NCBI RefSeq assembly: GCF_902652985.1
Contig: NC_047022.1
Coordinates: forward strand, 38,254,001-38,318,000
From: Pecten maximus
Lineage: Eukaryota
DNA length: 64,000 nt
Direction of reading: 5' to 3'
This document shows positions 1 through 14,275 of this stretch, piece by piece (the stretch's first letter is position 1; every line of letters begins with the position of its first letter). A program made the position numbers and the translations under genes. The notes beneath the pieces were generated by a model. It was not told the origin of the DNA and made no database searches. It saw nothing but the letters and a program-made list of their open reading frames with translations.

Positions 1-3000
1 TTATCACAACCAATTACAGAACATTTACCAGAAAATTACCACCGGACGTGTGTCAAACGAGCAAGCAAACTCTGCTCTTGTGAGTGTATTGGGTAAATGT
101 TTTTATTTTCATTTCTAAAACAAACATATCTCCAAAAAGTATGAGAGAGAAAACCCATTACTTTCCTTATAACATTGATAGAACAGGAACGATATTGTCT
201 TTCTTCGTATAGTGTGATAATATTTAAAACAAAAATAGAAACTGCAGTCATGTTGTCCTTTATAATGAATGGCTGGTGTAAAGTCTGACAATAGTTTACC
301 TGATATAGCATGGTGTTAATTACTTGACAGGTGAAGATGACAAAGCCGTGACACGGTCTCAAAATGTCCAACCTCGCCCAGGCTAATTCCGGGTGCAAGT
401 GGTGCAACATATCTCAACAGAGAAAATAGTCTTATATGATATTAGCTGATCTGAATGCGTACAAAAACAAATCAAATAAGTAGACCGAAAACGACAATGT
501 TAAAATATCAGAAATTTGATAGCTATTGTACTGTTTAATTCCATGAAGCCAATTTAAATATTAACAATAAATTTGTTAATTAGATACTGCTATATTATTA
601 AGTGTTTTTGTTTTAACATGTCAACACTAAAAACTAGTTGACAGGGAAACAACATGTCTGTGTGTTCAGATACATCAACAATCCTGATCCAAATCAAGCT
701 AATGAAATGTTCAAACAAATTCTTTGTACTGCAGTATAAAGTGCGATGACACACCGTCCCCAAGTACTACACAAATGACCCCGCTATGTAGTATCAACTC
801 TTTGTTATCATTATTTCCCAAAACAAGCGGAAGGATACGTATCTAGTGATGTGTCCAGTCTATCATTACAGCGGTGACCATGTCACGATTGCACGCGGTG
901 AGTCATCGGCTAAGGCGGTCCTTGTTTCTGACATAAAGGTACGAATGTTAGCACCAGAATCAGATTGGGTTTGTGAATTGCTAGGTTCTCCTGTCACAGC
1001 ACCGCGCGTAGTAATTGTACAGCGGACGATTTATACCGGAAGTGGGTAATAAAACGGAGATGTTGGTTTAACCTTTCGTGTAGAGGCATCTCTTATAGAA
1101 TGTGATAAATATATACATGTTTGTGTTAGTCTCGTAAAGGACTCGCACGCTCACGTAATCAGTAGGTTGTATTAGAAAACCTTGGAAGATAAGCGATTCT
1201 TTTTCCCCAGAGCAGTGTGTGTTTTAACTTTATAATGGCGCAATGTATGATATACTGTGTTGAGGAACAGTGGTTCGAACACAGACCAATATATAACTAA
1301 GCGAAATAATTAACACATAGCCTACTCAAATAGAGTCGAATGTATTTCTTTTCTTTTTAATTGTAGTCCCAATCATTTTATTGTATACTCAAACAACCTT
1401 TAAATGTCTAAATAATTCGCTTTGGGGCGATACTTTTAAATAGTTGAATAACGTCACCTCTTTTGTCAGTACCCTAGATACATTCCGGTACATCGACAGT
1501 GATTTCCTTGTTAACAAGACTGACTGTTTTCACACTTGGGCTGAGTCACTCTCGCTAATACTGTAATGGACTGTATGATATACACGCGCATTACCTCCAT
1601 ACCGTCATCTATCGATCGTTCGCACGTGAAACGTACCTGCATTTTATGTATCCATGGCCAGTTTGTATCAATACATATGGGGGCCATAACCACTGATCTG
1701 TGACGACCTTTCATATCAGGATTTCACTTTTATCATCATTATCATCGTCGTCGCCGTCGTTACTCATTTGCATAAAATGTTTATATTGCCTGCCTATACA
1801 ATGATTCATAAAGGATTCACGGACCAAAGTAAACAAAATCAATATGCGAATTACTCCGCCATAACCATAGTATTAAGTACACTGCATTATCAGTTTTATG
1901 ACGCTGTAAAATGATTTTTATGATTTAAAGATATTCCTGATATGAATTATAGTTTGATTCTAAAATTACACGAAAGCTTCACTTAAATCATCGCTAACAT
2001 GTTTAGTGACAGAAAATCTGTTTCGGCTTCTTTCTTAAAACTGCGATATTATATAGTAAAATTTAAATCGACCAGTACACATTGGTGATAAGTACACCAC
2101 ACATAATCTACACACAATCACGTCTGTGAAGACAAACTTATACTTTTAGATGCTATGTAAACATCAGTAAAAAGAGGAAGCTTTTCTGTTGCTGAAATGT
2201 TTAATGTTAAAAACGATCAATTGAATTTCCCATTGCTTCATCCTTACTTTTAATCTAAGCAAAAAATCAAAAATTGCGAACCAAAGTATACTTAAAGTCA
2301 TGTAATAATTACCTTCTGTTCCATTGTGCCAAAATTGGATTGGCTAATTACACGTCTTTCCGTGATAAATATCTACCGATACAATACACATATTTTAGGG
2401 AAAACTAACTTGACAAAGATTTTGCTCCTCGATGATTTATCTGGTTAGATTGGGGTTGATAAAGACTTCTCCAACAGAGGATATGTACATCTGATTTGAC
2501 ATGTTTAATGATAACATTGTTTGGTTCTGCACGTTTTTATTGACGTTAGTCCTCTGGACAAGTCCACTAATATAGCGACCGTATATGATTATCCTGGGTA
2601 AAACACACCATCGCCATTACTGATGGTAATACGAGGTCTACGAAATGGACCTTTATTTGTCATACATATAATCACTAAGACATAATTCTGTTTGTCCAAT
2701 CACGATAGTGCCACCAAAGACAATATACCCTCCAATAGCCATTAACGTCGTATAGAGATCAAATCATTTTAATAGGTCCTTACAATGGTCACTGCACATG
2801 CAACAGCGCCAACATTGACCTTTCACCCTGGCGGTCACAAGATATCGATTGGACGGCAAATCGATACGACATCAAATCAGAGATAATTGTGTTAGCAGTC
2901 ATTAAAACTCGCCCTAATATCATTTTCTCCATTAGTCGCAAATATCCTTAGATCTTAGCGTCGTCTCTCTGTACCATTTAAATAAAATATGAATAAAATA

Positions 3001-3579
3001 TGTGTTGATGACCCATCCGGAGATTCCGGACCGGATAACCATACCGCATATTACATTGATGGTTTTCTCCTGATAATCATGACGAGTTGAACGGTCTGCG
3101 GGCTCGATATGAGTTCAATAAACTGACCTCCGTGGGTTGAAGTTGTCATTTAATTGGAAATTGGTAGGAAATAAAAGGATTAATATTATCTTGTTGACAG
3201 TATAAATTATTAACCAAGATATGGGTCCAAAGTTCCGGATTCATTAAATCGCTGATTCCACCCCCTGATGTGAAATGTCCAATAGGCGGCGCCATATGTC
3301 TGTCGTGAACTATAGCTGTGGTTATTGCTCTTCGCTACCAGACTTCTGTGATGAGGCTTACTCTAGTACAGGGTCCCATTTGTCGGGTTTGTTATCTTGG
3401 TGTTCTGTTCCCGCTGGTCTATTCCAATGCAAGCTTCTTTTAGTTTCGGAATCCTTTGATCTAAAGTAATTGACGTAAACTTACTTTTTCAGCGGTTTCC
3501 AGGTAGCTGTGTAGGTATAGTTTGAAATCATTAATCAATTCGTGCTTCATCCCTAGTCTTGGCTTGTCTCTTTGGTGGT

Positions 3580-3912
3580 CTGGGGACACAGCGGTAACGC
3601 ACTCATCATTCACCTAGGCGACAGGAGCTCGATCCCAAGATAAGACTTGAAAAGGAAGGTACATGCGGGCCCTTTCTTATGGGGTCACCTGGCCTTGGGA
3701 ATGCGCCCCGAATTGGTAGAAGCACGCTCCAAATATTTGGGTTCGCGCTCCGAAGTTTTGAAATTGTAAGCATACCGTATGCTGGGCCACATGGGTTTTC
3801 TCCTCCTTGGTATCCTCCCCTATTATGAACCTCGTGCGCGTCCTTCTGTGCAATTCAGACTGATAAATATTAACTGATATTGAACTTGTTTTACAATTTG
3901 TAAAAATATAAA
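3580..3912 (+). mobile_element. Degenerate tRNA-derived SINE (V-domain type)
   Basis: Decayed A/B-box head (ACAGCGGTAAC...GAGCTCGATCCC), GGGTTTTCTCC core, 3' tail similar to the copy at 25140-25275. Confidence 0.5.
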
Positions 3913-4989
3913 ATCTTGGACCTGGTCCTAACGTTTGGTCTCGTTTGTCTGCTTCGTTCGATGGTTTGATCGCAATGGCTTCGTCTCCAATAAAGCAATG
4001 GGTATGGTGACCATGGTGACCATATGAGCCCCATCAGTGATACCTGTCCTCAGTAGTAGGGCCGGACAGGATTTACCTCGACGATGACTAATAGTCTGAA
4101 TTAGTCCTGATTAAATCCGGAATTCTCCGCCGACACAATATGAAAACACCATATGTATGGTATCAATTCTACATCAGACAGAAACAAGCGACAGCAGGAT
4201 GGTCGACGACCCATTGAGAGCAACATAATTAGAAGGCGATATTATTAATAATCATAATCAGAAGTCTAATTCTAGTCTGGAAATCATAAATAAAATGAAT
4301 CACCGTTGAAGATAGATCATACACAGGTCTGTGTTTGATATTGACGGGATACCGAATGGGTGTATTTACAAAGACGTCAGGGTGTGTGTGAATGTTTGAA
4401 ATCTCATGGAAGGTACCTTTGTAAGATTCCCCAATATAAAGCGACAAGAATTGTCAAACCCAGATAAACGGCGAGGTGTCTCTGGCGTGGGAAAGGCGTA
4501 TGTTGAAACAGTCCACTCGGATGAAGGGTACAGTTTGACCAAGGGTTTTCGGTTCTGACATCCTGCAAACATGAATCAAACCCTTTGCTCTCCTTATCAT
4601 TGTCGTCGTTTTAAGATATACTCAAATATACCGCATTTGGCCTACTTACTTTTGATTACGTCCTTATAACATGTACGTAAAATGTGTTTAAGAGTCACAG
4701 TGGACCAAACACTGAGATTAAATGATGATGATGAAATTACAAACTAAACAGTATTATTTAGTAGTGTCGGGAGACGGCTTCTCTTCATTATTAAACATAT
4801 CCTATCATTTCCCAAGTCTCAACATACGTAACCCCGAGTTATCAGAACACGTGTCAGTCAGTAGTGGTGAGAGTACGTGCGATCAACGTGTCTCCGCCCT
4901 AGTAAACAATAAAAACCTACCAGTACTGTATCACGTGGTATTCGATATCTGTATCACGTGGACTCTACCAGTACTGTATCACGTGGTAT

Positions 4990-5380
4990 TCAGATTCAGA
5001 TTCTTTTATTTCTCTGTGTTTTTCAACACACCAGAGAGACATTACAAAACAATACAATGTAATATAGTATGACACAATACACAATTACAAAAGTACATGT
5101 CCATTACGCTCAATAGTCATACATACACATATATGTATACGTACACATTAGTATTACTATATATTATAAAAATGAACATAACGTCATTATGACAGTACAC
5201 AATAGTTCATGTACGTTATAAATAGACTAACATATAGTAAATTAAACAATTAAATGGCGTTATTACGTTGTTTTGTCGCTAAATAAAGGAATATTCCTAG
5301 CTTACACAATTCAGAAATATCTTGAACAATTTATAATTGTATCAACTTAAAAACACTTGGTCTTCCATAATAATATGGCT
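4990..5380 (-). mobile_element. LINE 3'-end remnant inserted in a minisatellite
   Basis: Minus strand reads YYYGRPSVFKLIQL*...ELCKLG, like the C-termini of the LINEs at 33017 and 41377; ends AATAAAA(GAATCT)2; flanked on both sides by TATCACGTGGTA-type repeat units. Confidence 0.7.
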
Positions 5381-5389
5381 AAATCGACA

Positions 5390-7400
5390 TCTGTATCACG
5401 CGGCACTTTACCAGCATTGTATCACAGGTAGTCATCATCAATATCACGTGGTAGTCTACCAATATTGTGTCACAGGTAGTCATCATCAATATCACGTGGT
5501 AGTCTACCAATATTGTGTCACAGGTAGTCATCATCAATATCACGTGGTAGTCTACCAATATTGTGTCACAGGTAGTCATCATCAATATCACGTGGTAGTC
5601 TACCAATATTGTGTCACAGGTAGTCATCATCAATATCACGTGGTAGTCTACCAATATTGTGTCACAGGTAGTCATCATCAATATCACGTGGTAGTCTACC
5701 AATATTGTGTCACAGGTAGTCATCATCAATATCACGTGGTAGTCTACCAGCATTGTATCACAGGTAGTCATCATCAAAACCACGTGGTAGTCTACCAATA
5801 TTGTGTCACAGGTAGTCATCATCAATATCACGTGGTAGTCTACCAATATTGTGTCACAGGTAGTCATCATCAATACCACGTGGTAGTCTACCAATATTGT
5901 GTCACAGGTAGTCATCATCATTACCACGTGGTAGTCTACCAATATTGTGTCACAGGTAGTCATCATCAATACCACGTGGTAGTCTACCAATATTGTGTCA
6001 CAGGTAGTCATCATCAATACCACGTGGTAGTCTACCAATATTGTGTCACAGGTAGTCATCATCAATACCACGTGGTAGTCTACCAATATTGTGTCACAGG
6101 TAGTCATCATCAATACCACGTGGTAGTCTACCAATATTGTGTCACAGGTAGTCATCATCAATACCACGTGGTAGTCTACCAATATTGTGTCACAGGTAGT
6201 CATCATCAATACCACGTGGTAGTCTACCAATATTGTGTCACAGGTAGTCATCATCAATACCACGTGGTAGTCTACCAATATTGTGTCACAGGTAGTCGTC
6301 ATCAATATCACGTGGTAGTCTACCAATATTGTGTCACAGGTAGTCATCATCAAAACCACGTGGTAGTCTACCAATATTGTGTCACAGGTAGTCATCATCA
6401 ATATCACGTGGTAGTCTACCAATATTGTGTCACAGGTAGTCATCATCAATATCACGTGGTAGTCTACCAATATTGTGTCACAGGTAGTCATCATCAATAC
6501 CACGTGGTAGTCTACCAATATTGTGTCACAGGTAGTCATCATCAATATCACGTGGTAGTCTACCAATATTGTGTCACAGGTAGTCATCATCAATACCACG
6601 TGGTAGTCTACCAATATTGTGTCACAGGTAGTCATCATCAATATCACGTGGTAGTCTACCAATATTGTGTCACAGGTAGTCATCATCAATACCACGTGGT
6701 AGTCTACCAATATTGTGTCACAGGTAGTCATCATCAATACCACGTGGTAGTCTACCAATATTGTGTCACAGGTAGTCATCATCAATACCACGTGGTAGTC
6801 TACCAATATTGTGTCACAGGTAGTCATCATCAATATCACGTGGTAGTCTACCAATATTGTGTCACAGGTAGTCATCATCAATACCACGTGGTAGTCTACC
6901 AATATTGTGTCACAGGTAGTCATCATCAATACCACGTGGTAGTCTACCAATATTGTGTCACAGGTAGTCATCATCAATACCACGTGGTAGTCTACCAATA
7001 TTGTGTCACAGGTAGTCATCATCAATATCACGTGGTAGTCTACCAATATTGTGTCACAGGTAGTCATCATCAATACCACGTGGTAGTCTACCAATATTGT
7101 GTCACAGGTAGTCATCATCAATACCACGTGGTAGTCTACCAATATTGTGTCACATGTAGTCATCATCAATACCACGTGGTAGTCTACCGATATTGTGTCA
7201 CAGGTAGTCATCATCAATACCACGTGGTAGTCTACCAATATTGTGTCGCGTGTGTCAGGTGATTCTCTACCAATATTGCATCACGTACATGTAATTATCT
7301 GCTAGTCCTATATCACGTGGTACTTCATTTGTACTGTATCACGTGGTACTCATCTAGCACGCTGCCACGTGGTACTCATCTAGTACGCTGCCACGTGGTA
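5390..7400. repeat. 48-bp minisatellite, ~38 copies plus degenerate ~24-bp edge units
   Basis: Unit ATATCACGTGGTAGTCTACCAATATTGTGTCACAGGTAGTCATCATCA; source of the 641-aa and 619-aa ORFs. Confidence 0.97.
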
Positions 7401-7439
7401 CTTTATCGGTTGATAGTGGGACAGAGGCTGGATACTCTT

Positions 7440-7530
7440 GTCGACACAACATATGGACCTATCGACACAACATATGGACCTATCGACACAACATATGGAC
7501 CTATCGACACAACATATGGACCTATCGACA
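7440..7530. repeat. 21-bp tandem repeat x4
   Basis: ATCGACACAACATATGGACCT. Confidence 0.9.
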
Positions 7531-8989
7531 TACATGTAGAGTTGTCTCTGTAGGTTTCATTCCATCATGAATATCTTCACGACTCCGTGTACTTGGTCTC
7601 ATAATTGAATTTTTCCTTTTAATATAGAACCGGCATGATGACAACGCGACAATGGGTGGTCAGAGATGACGTCACGGTGATACAACAACAAAGTACCTCA
7701 CTACGTCAGTATACACACAATGGTGTGTGGTAGTTTTGCCTTCCTTATGATATGTCAAGAGGATACAAACATGGCTCCCATTGGTTCAGATACATTGATT
7801 GGTTCCTACATGTATATGGCACGAGACGACAATGTCCCCAAACTATCCCCCGAAAACTAAAACAACATGTCTTATATACATATCCGCCATTTACATCGGT
7901 ATACAGCTTTTTATAAAGAAAATCACGGATATCAGAGTCCGTAACATTAGCATTGTTTATATATGTATATATCAAATACTATATAGGTGTTACATTTGTG
8001 TGCGGTTTTTGTAAGAATGGCGGCCCCTGAACTGTCCTGAAGGATGTCCTTTGCCTCTTATACGTAAACTATTGTTTAAATATGAAACGGAAATACAATG
8101 TAACTATGGAACTTCAGCCAGGTAAAAGTTTTCATTTTCCAATAAACCAGTATACAGCAACGGACAGTAAGAATATGTGAAAATATACACAGCATTTCCC
8201 CCAACTAACTTATCAAAGCAAACACAAGATAGTTAGATACACGATGTCTCAAACTTATCCGTGAAGCAGAAAGTTTATAAATCATGCGCAGTGACGCGTA
8301 ATGCGGTCAAGTATAACGTTTGAGGTTGTTAATTGGTCCCGACGGATGGTGTTCTAACACTCCAAAGTGGTTTCAAGAACTCCTTAAAGACATGTACTGC
8401 TATTCTCCTGACCCGAACGCTCCTCGAGAAGATCGAATTATTGATACTATGGGAGATGTCTGGAGAGCGTATTAAATTTAAATCCCCAAAGGCATAGTTA
8501 GTTACCGAGCCGAGAAACATTCAGTCATATCGACGGAAATAGAAACTGTTTATCCTCTGATGAAATTAACAGCAATTAATTGAATTTTTGTTTCTCTCTT
8601 TTTTTTTTAATTAAGAGCGTCCGTTATCAATGATGTTCAACTTCTCAAGCATCACATGCGTACCTACTGTCGAGATAAAGGGTCAAGGTCGTAGATTCAC
8701 GTGACCAAAAATCGTATTGCCGTCCGCAGCCATATCGATATTTTAAACTGCTGTCATCCTAACTGTTAATATTATAACTACAGATAGACTCCCAGGGGGC
8801 GCTGAGAGCAGCAATGACCACACCATACCCCCAGCGACATATGAAATATCAAAAGCCGAGTGTCTGTATTGACGGAGACGCCATTTGTGGTACTGCCCCG
8901 TGTCTATACGACTGGAAAGATTGACAGCTACAGAGAAGATGATCTGTCCTGTGAGAACACAGAGGTGATATTTCAAACGGAAACACTGA

Positions 8990-9320
8990 CACTTGTGTTC
9001 CTCCCTAACCCAGACCTAACCTCTAAGTTCACGAGTGATGTTAGTATTGTTCCTTCACGTGTAATGTTAGTATTGTTCCTTCACGTGTAATGTTAGTATT
9101 GTTCCTCCCTAATCCAGACCTAACCTCTAAGTCCACGTGTAATGTTAGTATTGTTCCTTCACGTGTGATGTTAGTATTGTTCCTTCACGTGTAATGTTAG
9201 TATTGTTTCTCCCTAATCCAGCCCTAACCTCTAAGTTCACGTATAATGTTAGTATTGTTCCTTCACGTGTAATGTTAGTATTGTTCCTCCCTAATCCAGC
9301 CTTAACATCTAAGTTCACGT
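8990..9320. repeat. Composite tandem repeat with two alternating ~26-bp subunits
   Basis: CACGTGTAATGTTAGTATTGTTCCTT units interspersed with CCCTAATCCAGACCTAACCTCTAAGTT. Confidence 0.85.
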
Positions 9321-10728
9321 TAGATAACTTTCCCTTCCTAAATTTGTACAGTTGATATCATCTTTACATAAGTTGTATGCTATATTAGCTGGTGAGGACG
9401 ATTCTCTAGAGTGTGGCAGTAACAAACGCAAAGTTGGATTTTGAAATATTTTACCTATTAATCTGTACGCGGGGATTTGACTCCACTAAAATATGTAACT
9501 CATCGAACCTGCTAGTAAGGACCATTATACAATACTTCTACATGGGATAAGCTGAACTAGGCGCCGAACAACGTGCCGGGATTCGATGAGAAATTGCTGA
9601 TATTTTCTACGCTGTAGGGTGTTAAAAATTGATCGAGGATTTATAGGAACCTTCACTCCGGAAGTGTTGAATTGCAAGGTCTCTCTGAAGACTAATATGG
9701 TTACGAAATCGGGTTAATTACGAGATGATTCAAATGACAAAACGTTACCAGTCAGGATTTACGACTCCTAATTTCACGACTTCCCTTTTGTAATTAATTC
9801 GAGGTAACATCTAGTTGTTGCTCCTTCCAAATAAACACACGTCTTCCCCGAGCTACAGATGCCTGAGGATTGTCTTACGCCATAAACAATGGATTGCGAT
9901 TTTCATCACATGAAATTTATTTGTGGCATCGTCCAGATCGCGTCCCTATAAAATGTTGGTGTTATTATATTACGATCTTCGGGCCATACATGTGCATTGA
10001 ACAACCATTTTGATTGTTTCCTTTAGAAGGCACCCAATACACATCATTTTGATTAAACATTGACTCAATATCCGGTGCTGATTTCTTTCTTTGTCAAACG
10101 AAAAGCTTGAAGATGCCATCTTTGTCAAAATCCGACTACAAATACGAAACGAAATCACGCGACAAATTGGACACACATGCACGTGATATGCGCTCCTTTG
10201 ATGACATTGATGTATCATGCAATAAAAAAAGTGTTGCATCTTCTAAATATTTGTATCCTTTTTTTCTTCACATCTTCGGTACACTTTTAGGTTTCTCTAT
10301 AAGTATGAAAGAAGAAGTCCTGCAAACAAGGCGGTTTTAATGTTTTACTGCGCTACAAACAGCGGTATATAAAGTACATACCGTAATTAATGAAGCGCTT
10401 TAGATCCCACAAACTTCTCAATACGCCTTAGTTATCAAAGTAAACCAGGTCTACGTGCTAATTGATTATTAATGCCTCCTGTAGGTTCCGTGTTGTCATA
10501 GTCTAGTTACTAAAGTTGAGTTTGAGAACTAAAGGTTGTTTGGTACAGGGTTCCCTTGATACTGATTATAAAGTAACATACATATACATAGGTAATGAGG
10601 TCGTGTACACCTTTATATATAATTTATAGTAGATAATATAAGTTTATATATAGATATACTATCAATGTATATTTCAAGTGTATCCGTATGTTACATGAAG
10701 CGCCGTAGTGAATGACACGGACACAATC

Positions 10729-13520
10729 TATCGTGATACTGCCGTTAGACGTTGATGTTAATTTATCGTGATACTGCCGTTAGACGTTGATATTAATTTA
10801 TCGTGATACTGCCGTTAGACGTTGATATTAATTTATCGTGATATTATTGTTAGACGTTGATGTTAATTTATCGTGATATTATTGTCAGACGTTGATATTA
10901 ATTTATCGTGATATTATTGTTAGACGTTGATATTAATTTATCGTGATATTATTGTTAGACGTTGATGTTAATTTATCGTGATATTATTGTCAGACGTTGA
11001 TGTTAATTTATCGTGATATTGCTGTTAGACGTTGATGTTAATTTATCGTGATATTATTGTTAGACGTTGATGTTAATTTATCGTGATATTATTGTCAGAC
11101 GTTGATGTTAATTTATCGTGATATTATTGTCAGACGTTGATGTTAATTTATCGTGATATTATTGTCAGACGTTGATGTTAATTTATCGTGATATTATTGT
11201 TAGACGTTGATGTTAATTTATCGTGATACTGCTGTTAGACGTTGATGTTAATTTATCGTGATATTATTGTTAGACGTTGATGTTAATTTATCGTGATACT
11301 GCTGTTAGACGTTGATGTTAATTTATCGTGATATTATTGTTAGACGTTGATGTTAATTTATCGTGATATTATTGTTAGACGTTGATGTTAATTTATCGTG
11401 ATATTATTGTTAGACGTTGATGTTAATTTATCGTGATATTATTGTTAGACGTTGATATTAATTTATCGTGATATTATTGTTAGACGTTGATATTAATTTA
11501 TCGTGATACTGCTGTTAGACGTTGATGTTAATTTATCGTGATATTATTGTTAGACGTTGATGTTAATTTATCGTGATATTATTGTTAGACGTTGATGTTA
11601 ATTTATCGTGATACTGCTGTTAGACGTTGATGTTAATTTATCGTGATATTATTGTTAGACGTTGATGTTAATTTATCGTGATATTATTGTTAGACGTTGA
11701 TGTTAATTTATCGTGATACTGCCGTTAGACGTTGATGTTAATTTATCGTGATATTGCTGTTAGACGTTGATGTTAATTTATCGTGATATTATTGTTAGAC
11801 GTTGATGTTAATTTATCGTGATATTATTGTTAGACGTTGATGTTAATTTATCGTGATATTATTGTTAGACGTTGATGTTAATTTATCGTGATATTGCTGT
11901 TAGACGTTGATGTTAATTTATCGTGATACTGCCGTTAGACGTTGATGTTAATTTATCGTGATATTGCAGTTAGATGTTGATGTTAATTTATCGTGATACT
12001 GCCGTTAGACGTTGATGTTAATTTATCGTGATATTGCCGTTAGACGTTGATGTTAATTTATCGTGATATTGCCGTTAGACGTTGATGTTAATTTATCGTG
12101 ATATTGCAGTTAGACGTTGATGTTAATTTATCGTGATATTGCTGTTAGACGTTGATGTTAATTTATCGTGATACTGCCGTTAGACGTTGATGTTAATTTA
12201 TCGTGATATTACTGTCAGACGTTGATGTTAATTTATCGTGATATTATTGTCAGACGTTGATGTTAATTTATCGTGATATTATTGTCAGACGTTGATGTTA
12301 ATTTATCGTGATATTATTGTTAGACGTTGATGTTAATTTATCGTGATACTGCCGTTAGACGTTGATGTTAATTTATCGTGATATTATTGTCAGACGTTGA
12401 TGTTAATTTATCGTGATATTATTGTCAGACGTTGATGTTAATTTATCGTGATATTATTGTCAGACGTTGATGTTAATTTATCGTGATACTGCCGTTAGAC
12501 GTTGATATTAATTTATCGTGATATTATTGTTAGACGTTGATGTTAATTTATCGTGATATTGCCATTAGACGTTGATGTTAATTTATCGTGATACTGCTGT
12601 TAGACGTTGTTAATTTATCGTGATACTGCTGTTAGACGTTGATATTAATTTATCGTGATATTATTGTCAGACGTTGATATTAATTTATCGTGATACTGCC
12701 GTTAGACGTTGATGTTAATTTATCGTGATATTGCTGTTAGACGTTGATGTTAATTTATCGTGATACTGCCGTTAGACGTTGATATTAATTTATCGTGATA
12801 CTGCCGTTAGACGTTGATATTAATTTATCGTGATATTATTGTCAGACGTTGATATTAATTTATCGTGATATTGCTGTTAGACGTTGATATTAATTTATCG
12901 TGATATTGCTGTTAGACGTTGATGTTAATTTATCGTGATATTGCTGTTAGACGTTGATATTAATTTATCGTGATATTATTGTTAGACGTTGATGTTAATT
13001 TATCGTGATATTATTGTTAGACGTTGATATTAATTTATCGTGATACTGCCGTTAGACGTTGATATTAATTTATCGTGATATTATTGTTAGACGTTGATAT
13101 TAATTTATCGTGATATTATTGTCAGACGTTGATGTTAATTTATCGTGATATTATTGTCAGACGTTGATGTTAATTTATCGTGATATTGCCGTTAGACGTT
13201 GATATTAATTTATCGTGATATTATTGTTAGACGTTGATATTAATTTATCGTGATATTATTGTTAGACGTTGATATTAATTTATCGTGATACTGCCGTTAG
13301 ACGTTGATATTAATTTATCGTGATATTATTGTTAGACGTTGATATTAATTTATCGTGATATTATTGTTAGACGTTGATATTAATTTATCGTGATATTGCT
13401 GTTAGACGTTGATGTTAATTTATCGTGATATTGCTGTTAGACGTTGATGTTAATTTATCGTGATATTATTGTTAGACGTTGATGTTAATTTATCGTGATA
13501 CTGCTGTTAGACGTTGATAT
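10729..13520. repeat. 35-bp minisatellite, ~80 copies
   Basis: Unit ATTTATCGTGATATTATTGTTAGACGTTGATGTTA, with variants (ACTGCC/ATTATT). Confidence 0.97.
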
Positions 13521-13540
13521 TCTAAGTTTTATGTATATGT

Positions 13541-13696
13541 ATATATAAAACTGATAATTGACAAAAGAAGACGTTACATTTTGCACTAGCGCTTTCACTC
13601 TATTAGATCTTCAGGTGCATAGTAACAGTGAAACAGTGAAAGCGCTAGTGCAAAATGTAACGTCTTCTTTTGTAAATTATCAGTTTTTATATATAT
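13541..13696. mobile_element. Inverted repeat (~59-bp arms), probable Penelope-like element pLTR remnant
   Basis: 13541-13599 is the near-perfect reverse complement of 13636-13696; it contains a hammerhead motif; TA-rich flanks. Confidence 0.65.
13582..13619 (-). ncRNA. Minimal hammerhead ribozyme motif (Penelope type)
   Basis: Minus strand TGCAC-CTGAAGA-TCTAATAGAGT-GAAA-GCGC-TA-GTGCA: stem I, CUGANGA box, short stem II, GAAA, palindromic stem III, UH site. Confidence 0.6.
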
Positions 13697-14034
13697 TTTA
13701 CTTGCATGTCTAAACATTTTCTATATATATATATATATATATATATACTAGGTTAATACATTATCAGTTTAAGTATATATGTTTCTTTTGTATATACCCC
13801 GGTATGTAGTTTTTAGATTAATACAGTTTCAGTTTTAGTAGGGTAGGTTTGCAGTGTATGTTTTCATTTATTTTTTATTTTATTTATTCATTTTTTTTTT
13901 TTTTGAATGGAGGAGGCTAATCTTATATTATTTATCTGTGTTCACCGTCCGTGACGTGTGTATTTGTTTCTCGTGTATGAGAGACTGTGTGGAGAGAACG
14001 ATTGTGTATAGCGAGGGCAGATATAACACAAACG

Positions 14035-14275
14035 AATGAAAATGAGACCATATTGTTAATGACAAAATGAAACCATGTTGTAAATGACAAAATGAGACCA
14101 TATTGTTAATGACAAAATGAAACCATGTTGTAAATGACAAAATGAGACCACATTGTTAATGACAAAATGAAACCATGTTGTAAATGTTGTAAATGACAAA
14201 ATGATACCATATTGTTAATGACAAAATGAAACCATGTTGTAAATGTCTAAATGACAAAATGAGACTATGTTCCAA
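14035..14275. repeat. ~25-bp dimeric tandem repeat
   Basis: AATGACAAAATGAGACCATATTGTT / AATGACAAAATGAAACCATGTTGTA. Confidence 0.9.

Noticed and set aside
331-386. Possible + strand terminal exon (EDDKAVTRSQNVQPRPG*)
   Set aside because: Only an AG and a short frame; no homology or upstream context in the window.
5337-7262. 641-aa and 619-aa repetitive ORFs on opposite strands
   Set aside because: By-products of a 48-bp unit (divisible by 3) that lacks stops; no splice or domain support.
10729-13520. CRISPR-like periodicity (also 42640-46682 and 56160-56700)
   Set aside because: Units are contiguous with no unique spacers, there are no cas genes, and the context is eukaryotic.
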